Under the pieces are notes generated by a model. That model did no database searches and was not told the DNA's origin. It saw nothing but the letters and a program-made list of their open reading frames with translations. Shown here one piece after another: positions 50,701-62,857 of a stretch of DNA of 64,000 nucleotides; the first letter of the stretch is position 1; each line of letters opens with the position of its first letter. A program made the translations under genes and the position numbers. Source of the DNA: Dimorphilus gyrociliatus (lineage: Eukaryota > Animalia > Annelida); the NCBI GenBank assembly GCA_904063045.1, contig CAJFCJ010000004.1, positions 370,195-434,194 of the forward strand, in the 5' to 3' direction.

Positions 50701-53700
50701 CATAAAGTGGCTGACATTTTAGTTTTGTGCTCAAGAAATTGAAATTTAACAAACATTTCTCTTTAAGTTGTTCCAACTGATTAGATTTCAATAAATGATA
50801 CGGTAAAGAGTTTAATTTACGAATATTATGAATCGAAGTTGGTTGGTGTGAAATTTGCCTGTCAGCGTCCTTAAGTAACTTTTTATTTCTCCATTCCAAT
50901 TGTATTGATCTTCTAATTCCACTTTCAGCAATGTAAATTTCAGATAATTTGGAATGAAGTTCTATTTCCCTATCTTTAACGTATCGATTGAAAGCCGTCT
51001 CTAAAAATTGCCTATGATACCAAGCTAAAACAGTCTTTCCGTCAGTCATTCTTTCAGCAAGATATTCTCTAAGATCGTGCTGAATTCTAGACCAGAGTAG
51101 AGACGGTATTCGAACAACATCTTCAAGGGGCGGATCGTGATATCTGTAGACGTCGTTGAGAACCTCATCATCGCACGATAAAGCGTCTTCGACTTCAATA
51201 GGACTCAAACCTTGTCTACCACAAGTTAAATAGCCCATAGACCTGGCCACTAATAATTTTCCATTCTTCCTTTCAACTCCATCAAATAAATATTTTATCG
51301 CTTCGTTAGCTGTTTCAGATATTTTGATTGATTCTATTGGATCATAAGAATGCCAGGTTTTGGCATAATCTAAGGATAATTTGAGAAAAAGAGGTTGTTT
51401 GCTTCCCTCGAATGCTTTCAAAATAAGGTTACGCTGTGGCTCAGTCAATGTCTTTTTCCTCTTTTCCAAATAGGCCGTAATAATGTCTGAAGCAACATTG
51501 GCCGATAAAGGCCTTAATGAGACGAAATCTTTACAGTTTAATCTTCTCCGGACATTTTCAACAAGAGTCGTATTTTCGGACAGAACCGATATTATTACTT
51601 TGACGTTTTTTGGAAACATTTTTGGCAACCATGCCATTGAATGTGCACCATACGAATTGTTTAACTGATCTATTGAATCTAAAATAATGACCAATTTGAC
51701 TGTTGATCTCCTCTTCTTTATGAAGGCAATCAGTTTTTGAAATTCGAATCTTATGCCACTCATAGTTTGTAAGGAATCTTCTGGAGGCTGTATTATTTTG
51801 AAAACTACACATATCTGTTCAACAAGACTCTTTAACGTTGACAAAACGGAAGAACTCGATGCTGATGTTCCAAGAAACCTGTGTATGACGAAAGTTTTGG
51901 GATAAACACTTTCCCATTTGGGTATTAGACGAACTATATGGGCCAATAAAGCTGTTTTGCCAAATCCTGAAGGTGCACAAACAACTAAAGGCTGAGATTG
52001 ACCTTTTCGAAGAATATATTCACGAATTTCCTCAATCTCTTCTTCCCTTCCAAAGAATACCTCGCACTTGGTATTGGCAAATTTAGAATGATGAAGAGCC
52101 TCTTGATAAACTGCAGGATAGGATTTAGCAATTTTCTCATCCTTTAATTTCTTTTCTATGAGAGTCTTGAGGTCATTTATGAAATGCTCAGAGAATTCTT
52201 TCAGGTAGTTTCCGTGTTCTTCGTGTTGACAATCTTCCAGAGAGCACTTGTCCCAAGCTAGTTTATATTCACGAATATTCTTTCCTTGGAGCTTGAGAGG
52301 TATTCTTTCAGTAGCTAATTTAGTTCTAAAATGCAAAGAACTATTATCCGGAACTCTTTTATTAGAATCAATATCTATGAATCTGGAAGCTGTTGAAAAA
52401 TCAATATTCTCCTTTAGTCCATGAAGTTCTCTGACATAGCAGAGAGATTTCTCATCGGCATTATCAACGTTAAGAAGTCCCCTTTCAATTTCATTTTCCG
52501 TAACACTGAGAAAATACCTAATTCTGTTACTCTCATCTAAAAGTTTTTTATCAAAAGCTGCTTGTGCGCTTTGACGTAATATAGACCGTAATTTCTTAAA
52601 TACTTCCTGCCACTTCGCAATATGTTCCGCTCGCTCTTTTTCCTTGTCAGAATCGAGGTTGTTATAGTGTTCGAGTCTGGAAGTAATCGGCTGAAGTACA
52701 TAAACTGGTGGAATCGTATTTGTGCATTCCTTAAACCAGTCGTCCAGGAGACCAACATCATCAGGACATAAAATTTTAGCTTCTTCCTTTATGATTGAAA
52801 ACTCAGTAGATTCTATATGATGGGGAAAAGGTTGAAATCCATATCTATTTCCAATCAGTGTCTGAAAAGATAGAGATAGTATATAGTAATTGTAAAAATG
52901 CAATGACTTACTACAAATGCTGGTCCGACAGATAATTTTTGACAATTTTCTATTTCCATTAGGCACAAATCGGTAACTTGATGGTCGTCAACCATATCTT
53001 GAGTAACTCCCCATCTCATATCGGCAACTTGAAAGTCGAGGCCGTTGTTTGAACAGTAGTTTCGGAGTTCAGGATAGGCTCTTTGTGGAAGAATATTTCT
53101 CTCCGCCTTGAAATCAGTAAATGTTGAGCTAAGGAATATCCGGACAACATTTGAAGGCATAAATGGTGGGCTGTCAACATCCCCTCTCAAAATTCTCATA
53201 ACATCTAGGGAGTATGGTTCCATATCATCAAACGTATCTTCAGTCTCCTCATCACTCTGGATGTCATTTAAAACTTTATCATCCATATTAAGCATAAATC
53301 CTGTTGTTCCTGCTGTTAATGGTTCTGTAGGTGTCACTACCGGTGTCTTACTTGTATCTACATCTGTTATAACTAATTTAGATAGTTCTTTCTTTTTTTT
53401 CGATTTTTTTGCAGTAGCTTGCGTTATTTCCGGTTCAGTCACCGACAGTTCAATTTGTTGTTCTTCTTGTTTTTTACCAACAGTTGTACTATCAATAATG
53501 TCTTCAACTGGTTCATTGATCAGTGGGAATCTGTTGGATAAAGAAAAAAATCATAAATAGTAAATATCTAAAATGTTGATTTTAGCAAAATCAATAAAGT
53601 TTGAATATGAAAATGTTTTTGCTATTTTTTATAATTTGAAGGCAGTAAGCATTGAAGAAAAATACAAAAGAGTAACATCAATAACATTAAATTATGAGTC

Positions 53701-54106
53701 TTTTTTTGTCATCTAATTGATATCATACTTTTTTTCTGATGTTTTCTTCGTCTCCTTTAAATTTTTCATCTCTTCATCACCACTCTCTTCATTATGTAGT
53801 TTCGATATGGTCTCAGAATTATCATCCTTAATAAATGTATCCCAAAAAATATTATCATCACCCATTGCTTTCAATTTTTCAACGCATTTGATCAAAAAAT
53901 CTACTGGAGAGTCTGGCTTTTTGAATACCAGAGCAGCAGTCAAGTACTACAATACACACAATATATACTGTTTATATGTGGATAGATGAACCTATAGTGT
54001 ATAATTTGTTTGTATGTCAATTACAAACCTGAAATAACTCTGGTATTCTCCTTTTAGCTAAATATTCCGCTGTGTCACCGCTTTCAGAGCGGGGGAGTTC
54101 AGCCAT
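47746..54106 (-). CDS. NACHT- and WD40-repeat protein (NWD1/NWD2-like STAND NTPase) with an N-terminal RIIa/Dpy-30-like docking domain
   Basis: Exons 54029-54106 and 53729-53946, then an exon starting at 53530 that encodes the DUF4062-like RIFLSSTFTD...DMRWGV. A 4269-nt exon 48593-52861 carries Walker A APSGFGKT (51953-51976), Walker B IILDSIDQL and WD repeats. The last exon ends at 47746. Confidence 0.88.
48983..49160 (-). repeat. Coding imperfect tandem repeat (about 15-nt period) encoding DKDDK-rich charged low-complexity sequence
   Basis: Repeated ATCTTTATC/ATCATCTTT units translate to DKEKDDKEKDDKDK...KDDKDKDDKDKDDKD between WD repeats. Confidence 0.9.
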
Positions 54107-54237
54107 TACACTCTTTTTTATTAATTAGGTTGCTTAAACTACTTCTATGAAAAATATTAATTGATTATCAAAATAAACTGTCCCTTGCCTCTAGATTTTA
54201 GATCAAAGTAGTATTATATTATCACGTGATAATACCT

Positions 54238-54250
54238 GTCGCCTAGTTAC
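54238..54250 (+). promoter_or_regulatory. Putative RFX X-box in a bidirectional promoter
   Basis: GTCGCCTAGTTAC has 2 mismatches to GTTGCCTAGTAAC. The palindromic E-box ATCACGTGAT is at 54221-54230. Both lie between divergent ATGs at 54106 and 54577. Confidence 0.4.
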
Positions 54251-54576
54251 GAGTAAACGAACGGTGTGTTATGAAGTATTTATTATTATTTTGACATTAA
54301 TAAAAAAAGGTAAACTTTTGACGGGAGGGTAAAAGAAAAGAACCTAAAATGAACTGTTACATTCATTAATTAACATAAATTTTTTCTTAACGAAAAAGAG
54401 AGAAATACTCGATTTTCAATTAAAAATAATAATAGTACAAAGCGAGAGGGGAACCAGAGGGAGACGGATTTTATTGCAAATAGAATATAAACTAATCAAT
54501 AGTTTCTTAGGCTTTGCAATTGTGTCTTATTTGAGAAAAAGATTGCAGTAAAGAGCAACTTTAATCTTACTACGCC

Positions 54577-57383
54577 ATGGTATTTTTTTGTTATTTCTAA
54601 TTTAACTAGAACCTAATTAACGATTCAATTTAGCTAATTACTGTTAATGTACACTATTCTTTAAGCCTACCGAAACATCAGCTATTCGAGTAATCGCTAA
54701 ATGTCGTCCTACAATAAAAAATGAACAAAATAAAGCTGGTAAAAAGATTACTAAAATCCAAGGCGATAAACTATCACTGGACGTTCCTGGAAAGGTAAAT
54801 AATTATGTGACATGAACTTCTTATCATTCATTTTTTGTTTAAGGATCAAACCTTTTCATTTGACAAAGTATACGGAGCAGATGTAAAGAATGTAAGTAAT
54901 AATAGTACAGTATACTGTAAATTTTCCAGATATTTATGTATTTTGAACGTTTAACAATAATGTGAAAATGTTGAAAATATTCACGACAGACTCAAATATT
55001 TCGGGAAGAATGCGATAGTTTAGCTCAACGTTTGCTAAATGGATATAACATTTCTCTTTTAGCTGTTGGGGCAGTAAGTTGCGTTTTTCTAATTCCCTTT
55101 CATTTTTAGTTTATATAATAGTATTGATTAACTCTGTCTACTAGACTGGATCGGGAAAGAGTCATTTAATGAATGGTACTGAACTAGATCAGGGAATAAT
55201 CCCTCAAATGATTAAATCCGTAAATAATGAGATGGCCAATCAACGCAATCAAAAACAATTTTTCTCAACTATAAGTTATGTTGAGGTGATTTGATTAATT
55301 AATTTAAGTTATGACATTTTAAAAATACCCTTCACGTTCATTAACAGATTTTGAATGAAGAACTAACAGATTTATTAAATCCTCATGATGATGAGATGTG
55401 CATTAGAGAGCACAATCAATTGGGAATGTAAGAATATAGATGATTATTTTGCATAGCTATCATTGAAATTAAATCCTTAAATGCAGATATGTGGAAAGAT
55501 TATCTGAATTAATCTGTAAAGAAGAAGATGATATGATGAGCTATTATGAACAAGGTAATAGAGCTAGGAAGATGGGAACAAATGATATACATAATCATAG
55601 AGCTAAGTGCGAGCTTAATTTTAAGTAGAAAAAAGAAATCTACTACTATCTTTATCACAGGGCAAACGGTATTGTTATAATACAAATCGAACAAAAGGAT
55701 CTTAAGAGTACAGGGAAATTGGGAGTTAAATCAAAGTTGGTTATCGCTGATATGGCTGGTATAGAGGGGGCTTTTAATAAAAAGGATAAAGATAAGAGTA
55801 TTGAAACGTTCGTTAGCGTTGTGACTGCGGGTAAGCAAGGAGGCAATAATCCAAAGGGAAATTCCAAATTAACCAAAATTTTATCCGATGCTATTGGTGG
55901 AAATTCTATATGCTATACATTTCTAACATTATCTCAAATGGATTCGGATTATTTAAATACTCAGCATACTCTTAGCGTTGGACAAACTTTGAAATCAATA
56001 AAGAACAAATTTAAAATCAACTTGAACGAGACAAGTAGCGTCATTAACGACTTAAGAGAAGAGATAGCGAAATTAAGGGAGAAAATCTCAAAGAATCCAG
56101 ACAACTGTAAAGAAGATGTTGCAAGAATGCAACAATTAATTCAAGATTTGAAAACTGCTAAACAACAGAATTGGGACGAGAAGGAAAAATTATCAGAAAG
56201 ATATTCCAAAGAGAGGCAGAAGAATCTAGCTAATAAAGGGGTTTTAGATTGGGTTCTTGACACGTCCTCCAATAAAGGGAATAAGGAGAAGCAAGAACGT
56301 GCTCTATTATTACAGAAGGAGAAAGATCAGTTAACTCTTGAATATAAAGAAAGAAGGAGAGCAGTAGATGATCTTAAAAATGATCTTCAGATGAAAGTCA
56401 GCGAGCACTCTCAGTATTCTGAATCTGGTAAAGTTAACAGCAACGAAAATAAGAAGAAAATTTCTATAATACATGAAACAAAGGAAAAGCTAAAAGCGGA
56501 GAGTGAAGCTCTCAAAGATGTAAAGAAGAGATTAAAAGAAGTACAAGATGATTTAAAAACTACTGATGATGTATGTAGAAAGTTTTTAAAGTTTTTATTT
56601 ATTTTACTCTTTATTTTATCTTATAGGATGCTTCCGTATATATAGTTGCAAAAGGAGACTTGGAAAGTAGAATCAAAGTTCAAGAGATTGAAAGAAGACG
56701 ATTGGAGGATAATCACAAGGCACATTTAGATGATGAAACGGAAAAGATTCGAATGGAAATTGAACAACGTAAAATGGAAATAAAAGTAAGAGGATTCTGT
56801 TTATCTTCATAAAAAGATTTTTATTTTAATAATCTTTCTTTAAGTCACAAAACAAGAACTACACAACCGAAGATGGAATAAGATTGGAGCAAGAATTAGT
56901 GGGACTCAAATCAGAGAAACATCTTGTGTCTCTTAGAGTATATATCTTTGTTCTATTTCATCAATCTAATCAATTGTAATATTTCATCTTGATACATCTG
57001 TTCAACTAGATTCAACATCTTCAAGAGGAGAAGCTTAAAATAGAACAAGACTTACATCAGATGCAAAAGAGACAAAAAGAGGAATTTGAACTTCAACAAT
57101 TGCAACATTTTCAAGCATTTAGAAAATATCGCGAAATTTACGATAAACAGAAAGCTGTCATTGAGGAAAGATTTCGTAAGTTGCTTGAAGATTCTGTGCA
57201 GGATGCAATTTTTCTGTCCGTAAGAAATGAGGAATTAATGGGGGAGAATAATAAGTTACGTCAAGGTGACTATTGTTATTATTAGACTAGAAATATACAT
57301 TACATATATTAACAATTTCAGAGATTGCTCAATTGAAAGATCAAGCGAGCGTAAGGCCAAATTCGAGCAACAAAAGCAAATAA
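54577..57383 (+). CDS. Divergent kinesin-like protein (motor domain plus coiled-coil tail)
   Basis: The coding part of exon 1 is the ATG only. Then IRVIAKCRP, FSFDKVYG, P-loop GA|TGSGKS, ISYVE|ILNEELTDLL, DMAGIE, SKLTKILSDAIGGNS and a long coiled coil. Stop 57381-57383. Confidence 0.85.
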
Positions 57384-57518
57384 TCAACAAAACAAATTCT
57401 ACTGTATGATGAATGAACTATTAAGATATTAATTTTTATTTTTTTCATTAGAATAGAATGATAGCGAAACAATTTTGTCTTCCTGCATTTCAAATTATAT
57501 TTATGATGCTTCCTAAGG

Positions 57519-59402
57519 CTAGTTAATATTCAAACTTTTCAAGTAATTTTCCAGGCCGTCGTCACCTTCATTCGATTTAGATATATATATAGATGAAGTT
57601 TCGCCGTCAGGTGATTTATTGCACTGTAAAAATAGGAACGGTTCAATTAAAAAGTTTGCAAAATCATTTTTTTTAGAAAGCTTACAAGTTTAAATAATTC
57701 CTCTGCCAAAGGGCTTATAACTTCACCATTTATAAGCTGATCCCTTATTTCTCCCTCTCTAGTTACTTTTGCGCCTACACAAAACTTTACTCCTGGAAAG
57801 GGCTTAGCCTGCCCTCTTTTATTCATATAATCCTGTAAGCATACAGCTCTTATGAAAAATTTTTACTATAGAATCAATTTAACAAACATTACCGTTAATT
57901 GATTGAGAAAAATTTCTAAATCAAAGATTTTTGTATCAACATCCGGATCACTGAAAGGTAGAACTGAACCCATCGGTCGTCTCAACTGTATAATTCCATC
58001 TCGTTGATTCTGATCACTACAAACAACTGATACTTGACATCGTCTAGAATAAAATATGTTGCCGTATTCGGCTCGAAATCCAAAGCTGTGAAGCATGTTG
58101 TTATGAATTTTCTGAAAGTTTTTATATCTAGTTTCATTCAGATTATATAAGTTTTTGTCTGAAATGTAAACAGGTTGTGATCCAGGCCATATAGCCATAG
58201 TCCTAGATTCAAAATTGGTAGTTTGTGGAGATATTACAAATCCACGTTCAGTGTCAGTTTCTAAAGTTTCACATATCATGCTATCTTTTATCCTTACATT
58301 TAATTTTAGCTTATCTGTAGTACATTGATGATGATTATTTAGAAAACTATTATTTGCATATATTTCTCACATTTGTCCGTTTCGTACAAGTTGCCTAAGA
58401 GAGCAAAGCATTTATCGGAGCTGCTTAGTGGAAATATCGTCAAAGCCGGAACTTCCGCATGTTGTTCAATCTCCATAGAACTCTCTCTAAAACTATCTTC
58501 AATGTAGTGACAGAGTTCTTCTGTTAATTGACCTAATAACATAGTCGGAGTTGTAGAAATTACAAATAAAATTGAATATAATGATATTTACAATTTTGAC
58601 GAATATTGTCTGAATTTTCATTTTGAGTTGGACTATCAGAAATCGAACTCGGACTTATCATATTTTCAGTTTGACTAAAAAGATCTTGTGACAATTCGGT
58701 TTTTGAATCGCTCAACATAGGTGTGTCTGTCAAAATGAAAGCATAATATGAATAAAGGGAATTGAAATGTTGAAAATTACCATAAAATGGTTGAAGTTCT
58801 ATATCGCCTAGATCAGGGATATAACTGTAATCTTCGTTTTGAGGTATAACCTCATTTAGTAGATAACCTTTTTATATTTAAATTGATATATATTAAATTG
58901 CGAAATCATAATATAATAAACTAAGAACCTGGTGTAATATTGGCTGCTTCAGTAGGACTTTGTTCATCATTTCCTAAAGTATAATACTTATTTAATATAT
59001 ATATATAATTTTATTACAAATCTTTCTTACCTATGAATCTATAAATTTTAACTTGAATGTTTTCACTATTAGCATGCGTTGATTCAACTAACTCAAGATA
59101 TTTTGACTTTTTTATTGCGCTTGAGAACGCAGCTCTAACATTATGCTTCTGATCTGAGAAAGGTCTATCTCTGTTGTTCAATACCGCCCATTCCTAAAGA
59201 AAAATATTATATTCCATCAAGATTACCCGAAATACGAAATATACTGTACGTGAAATATATTTTTCCCTTGAACTTCTTTAGAGTCTTTCTTTGGCCATGG
59301 AACCTGAAAGGTTTGCTTATTTTCGTCTATCCATTGCAAATGAGGGATATCGTTTTTCCGTAAATGTTTATGGAGGAAATCTCTGAAGCTATGCCTTGCC
59401 AT
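57519..59402 (-). CDS. Interferon regulatory factor with a DBD and an IAD1/SMAD-FHA domain (IRF3/4/5-supergroup-like)
   Basis: DBD: IPHLQWIDENKQTFQVPWP...IFH|EWAV...KHNVRAAF. IAD: INVRIKDSMICET..ERGFVIS...IFYSRRCQVSV...KFCVGAK...QLINGEVISPLAEEL. Stop 57519-57521. Confidence 0.85.
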
Positions 59403-62400
59403 GTTATCGCAGGTTATAAAATTAACGCTTCGACATGTATTTATATATTGGCCTGTTGGTTTTACAACTCTGGATTCCAGTTTCTGTTAACCATACCTGA
59501 ACCAGTCTAAACGATGACTAATGGGAATTTTTGAAAACAGAAACTAGACTAGTATTATTTCAAGTATATCAGATTTGATAGTCCACGTGTATCAAATATT
59601 AAAATATTGTCTGATAGATCTTTTCATTCATAATAAAAACAAACTCATTACAACACAAACAGAGAATTTAGGAAATATTTTTCAAAAATTAAAAATAAAC
59701 ATTACACCTTTTTGTCCTAAATGATTTTTTTTAGCAAATTTTATGAATTGAAATAAATTTTATACTATCTTTTCAAAAAACTTTTACTTAGGAAATCCCT
59801 ATTTGAACATAAGGGGATACCAGTCTAAGTTATATTTAGAAATATCTTTATACAATACAAAAGGAATTTTGAACTTTTGGTTTTCATTCCATTTCTTTCA
59901 ATTATTTGTTTGTTTATAAGAATCTTAATGAACGATAATAGAGTAAATAATTATTTGACAATAAGTTATTATTAATCCACAATTTACACAAAATATGAAA
60001 TTAATTAAATATACAGTATATAGCAATTTCAATATACATAATGTACGAATAAATAGAGAACTAATGTGAAATAAGATAGAGATAGAGAGAAGAGATGAAA
60101 ACAATAAGCTGAAACGAAAGGAAATAGGTAAGAACTATATTTATAATGTACGTCATACTGGTTCGATAATTTGTTCAGCAAAAGGAAAATCGTTTAATAA
60201 AAAAACAATGAATTGACTTGAATTTCAATTTAAAAGCTTCATAAAAAAACTATAATAACATAATATTTAATTATTTCGAATTAATTCATTCATGTTTTTT
60301 TTATATATATCTATATATATTGAAATTTTTTTAATAGGCCATTCTATTTATAGAATATATGATAGATATTACAAACCTTACATGTTTATTGCCTATATAG
60401 TATTGTAACTAGGATATATTCAACATAGATATCGGATAGCTATATCTTAAAATTTCCCCAGTTATAACTTTATCTTTTCTCTTCAATCTTTAGAGTAGAT
60501 GAGAAAGAAGATATTAAAATAAGATAGATTCTATTGCCATAAAGATGTTTACAATTACTAATTAGCTTTAGGATTATACGTTATTTTTAGTCTAATACAA
60601 TATCTTTTATGACAATTTGTTATATTAATAAATTTCCTTTTGGTTCTTTTAATACAAAAATATATTTGATCATATATCTTTGTTTTAAAGCAATTTATAA
60701 CATTCGAATTATTTCGATCCTTATCGATTATGTAAATAAGAATGTATTGTTACAGTATTTTCAATTGATATAGAAACTGGACAAGTGTATTTATATACAC
60801 TATGAACTTTATAGCTTTTATGTAGAAATTTCTAAGAATAGTTCAATTAGAAAAAGGTAGTCATTCCTACATAAAAATCTTTAACTATATCTTACCTATA
60901 TACTATGTTTAAACATATATACCTGTATATACATATAACAGAATATTTGTATATTCTATATTTTAAACCAATTAATTTTAATCAATATGCAAATATTTTC
61001 TACTCTTCTTAATATTACTTTTACAGTAATTATTCATAATTAATAAACTGTAAATTTTATTGATATACCCTATTAATAGAATTGAAAAGAAAACTACCGG
61101 AAGTTAATACTATAATAGGGTAAAAAAATGGGAAAAAGGATAGTAAATAGTCATTCTTTTATTTAAAGAGAAAGAAAATTTTCATTCTTCAATGAAATTT
61201 TCTCATTTGAATAAACAATATATCAATTTTTTCCCACTCATTTCTTAATACATGCAACATTTACACATAAATAATTCTATTCTAATATTTATTACTTCAA
61301 TCGGCCTATCTGTTAGCTTATTCTTAGAAATGGAGTTGTAAAACTCTACCTGTCGAAAAATTTTAGTTTGTCAGTCTTCTCTTATATATTATCATATATA
61401 TATATAGTATATACTGTATATAGAATAAGACCTTTCTTCAGATAAGGTTTTAATGATTAATGGTAACAAATAGCTTATATCTCTTGATAAAAAGAATTCA
61501 ATCCATAATTCATAATTCCAGATTGAAAAATAATTTTTTTTCTAGACTTTTAGCTTAAATAGTTAGTTCTAAAGATTATTTAAAGCCTAAGAAATAGGTA
61601 AAATATATTTCAAAGTGTATTTTTCCATATACTTTCTTTTTGCTTGTAAAATTTCCATAAGTGTTCTATTACAAGAAGATCATGCAATTGAATAGTTAAA
61701 TAAAGTTTAAATTTAAGAAAGAGGTGGAATATTGGATCTGATTTCAAATCAACAATCTCATATAGGTCTAATGAATAGTTGTATCTTATACACTCAACTA
61801 ATTGATTCTTTTGAAAGAAATTGGCAGATTTTCCATCACACTCATTTTACGTTATTGCTTTCAAATACTTGATATGTTCTTTAACAGAATGGAGGAAGTT
61901 GTTAGAAAAATAGTATTAGATACTACAGCTATCTGTTCACTCTTAGATTGAGGAGTATTTTAATATGTTCACTCACCGCTGTAAATCATATATTTGCTCA
62001 CTATCTGTTTCTCCTCCTTTCTCTTCCCACTCTTTCTCAATATTATATATCTTTTAGCGTAATATAAAAGGAACAGAATAAATATTTATAAATTTACGTA
62101 AAACCTTTTATTACTTTTAGTTTCTGGATTAGTTCAAGGTCTAAGCCTAGAAAGCGCTTTAAGCTCTGTTTTTTTATGATAATATAAAATTAGTAATTAC
62201 ATTTCCATTACATAACTTAATATAGTATAGATACAATTCATCATTCTCTGTTTACAACATATCAGGGTTATGTGGACGCCAAGGTAGACGTTATCTTGTA
62301 TATTGTTTTCACTCCTAAAACTATGAATGTTGGCTACTATAACAATAAGTATACTATGGGTAGCATTCCCATCATCATTCACGCAAAACGAATATAAAGA

Positions 62401-62857
62401 TAGAAAAGATAAACGGAAGCAAAAGAAAATTAATTATAGATTTTTTTTTTAAAAAACAAATGTAGCTTAATAAAATGTTCTTATTAATAAAAATAATTTA
62501 TGAAACAAAAGGATAAAGATGAAGAATAGACGACTAAATTGCGCTTCCTATACACGACATATTATATATAAATTATGATATATAGCTTACTAATAATACT
62601 AAATAATAAGCTCATCTCCTTCTCTTATTATAATTATAAAGGAAACAATTGTTTTTTTTTTCGTACTCCTTCAATTAAACAATAAATTATCCACAAAATT
62701 ATAAAAAATTCTACAGATGGAGTGAATTGTTTATTGTAATATCGCTATTATCGATGAATAGGTAAAAAATCAATACAGCTCATTTTGTAACTCTTTATAT
62801 AATAGTGTGGAAACATTATTTCTATCCCATAATTTATTTGTATCTTTTGCCAGAAAC

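Noticed and set aside
53108-53989. Plus-strand 150-aa and 90-aa ORFs
   Set aside because: They are antisense to NWD exons, Ser/Phe-rich, with no splice or domain support.
47746-59402. NACHT protein plus IRF as an innate-immune gene cluster
   Set aside because: They are separated by the kinesin. NWD-type proteins are not established IRF activators, and adjacency is expected in so dense a genome.
60110-60125. ISRE-like GAAACGAAAG upstream of the IRF gene (autoregulation)
   Set aside because: The GAAA spacing is 5 rather than 6, and such words are frequent in AT-rich DNA.
62197-62382. Minus-strand 61-aa ORF upstream of IR25a
   Set aside because: It has no motif and no evident splice partners, and its length is expected by chance.
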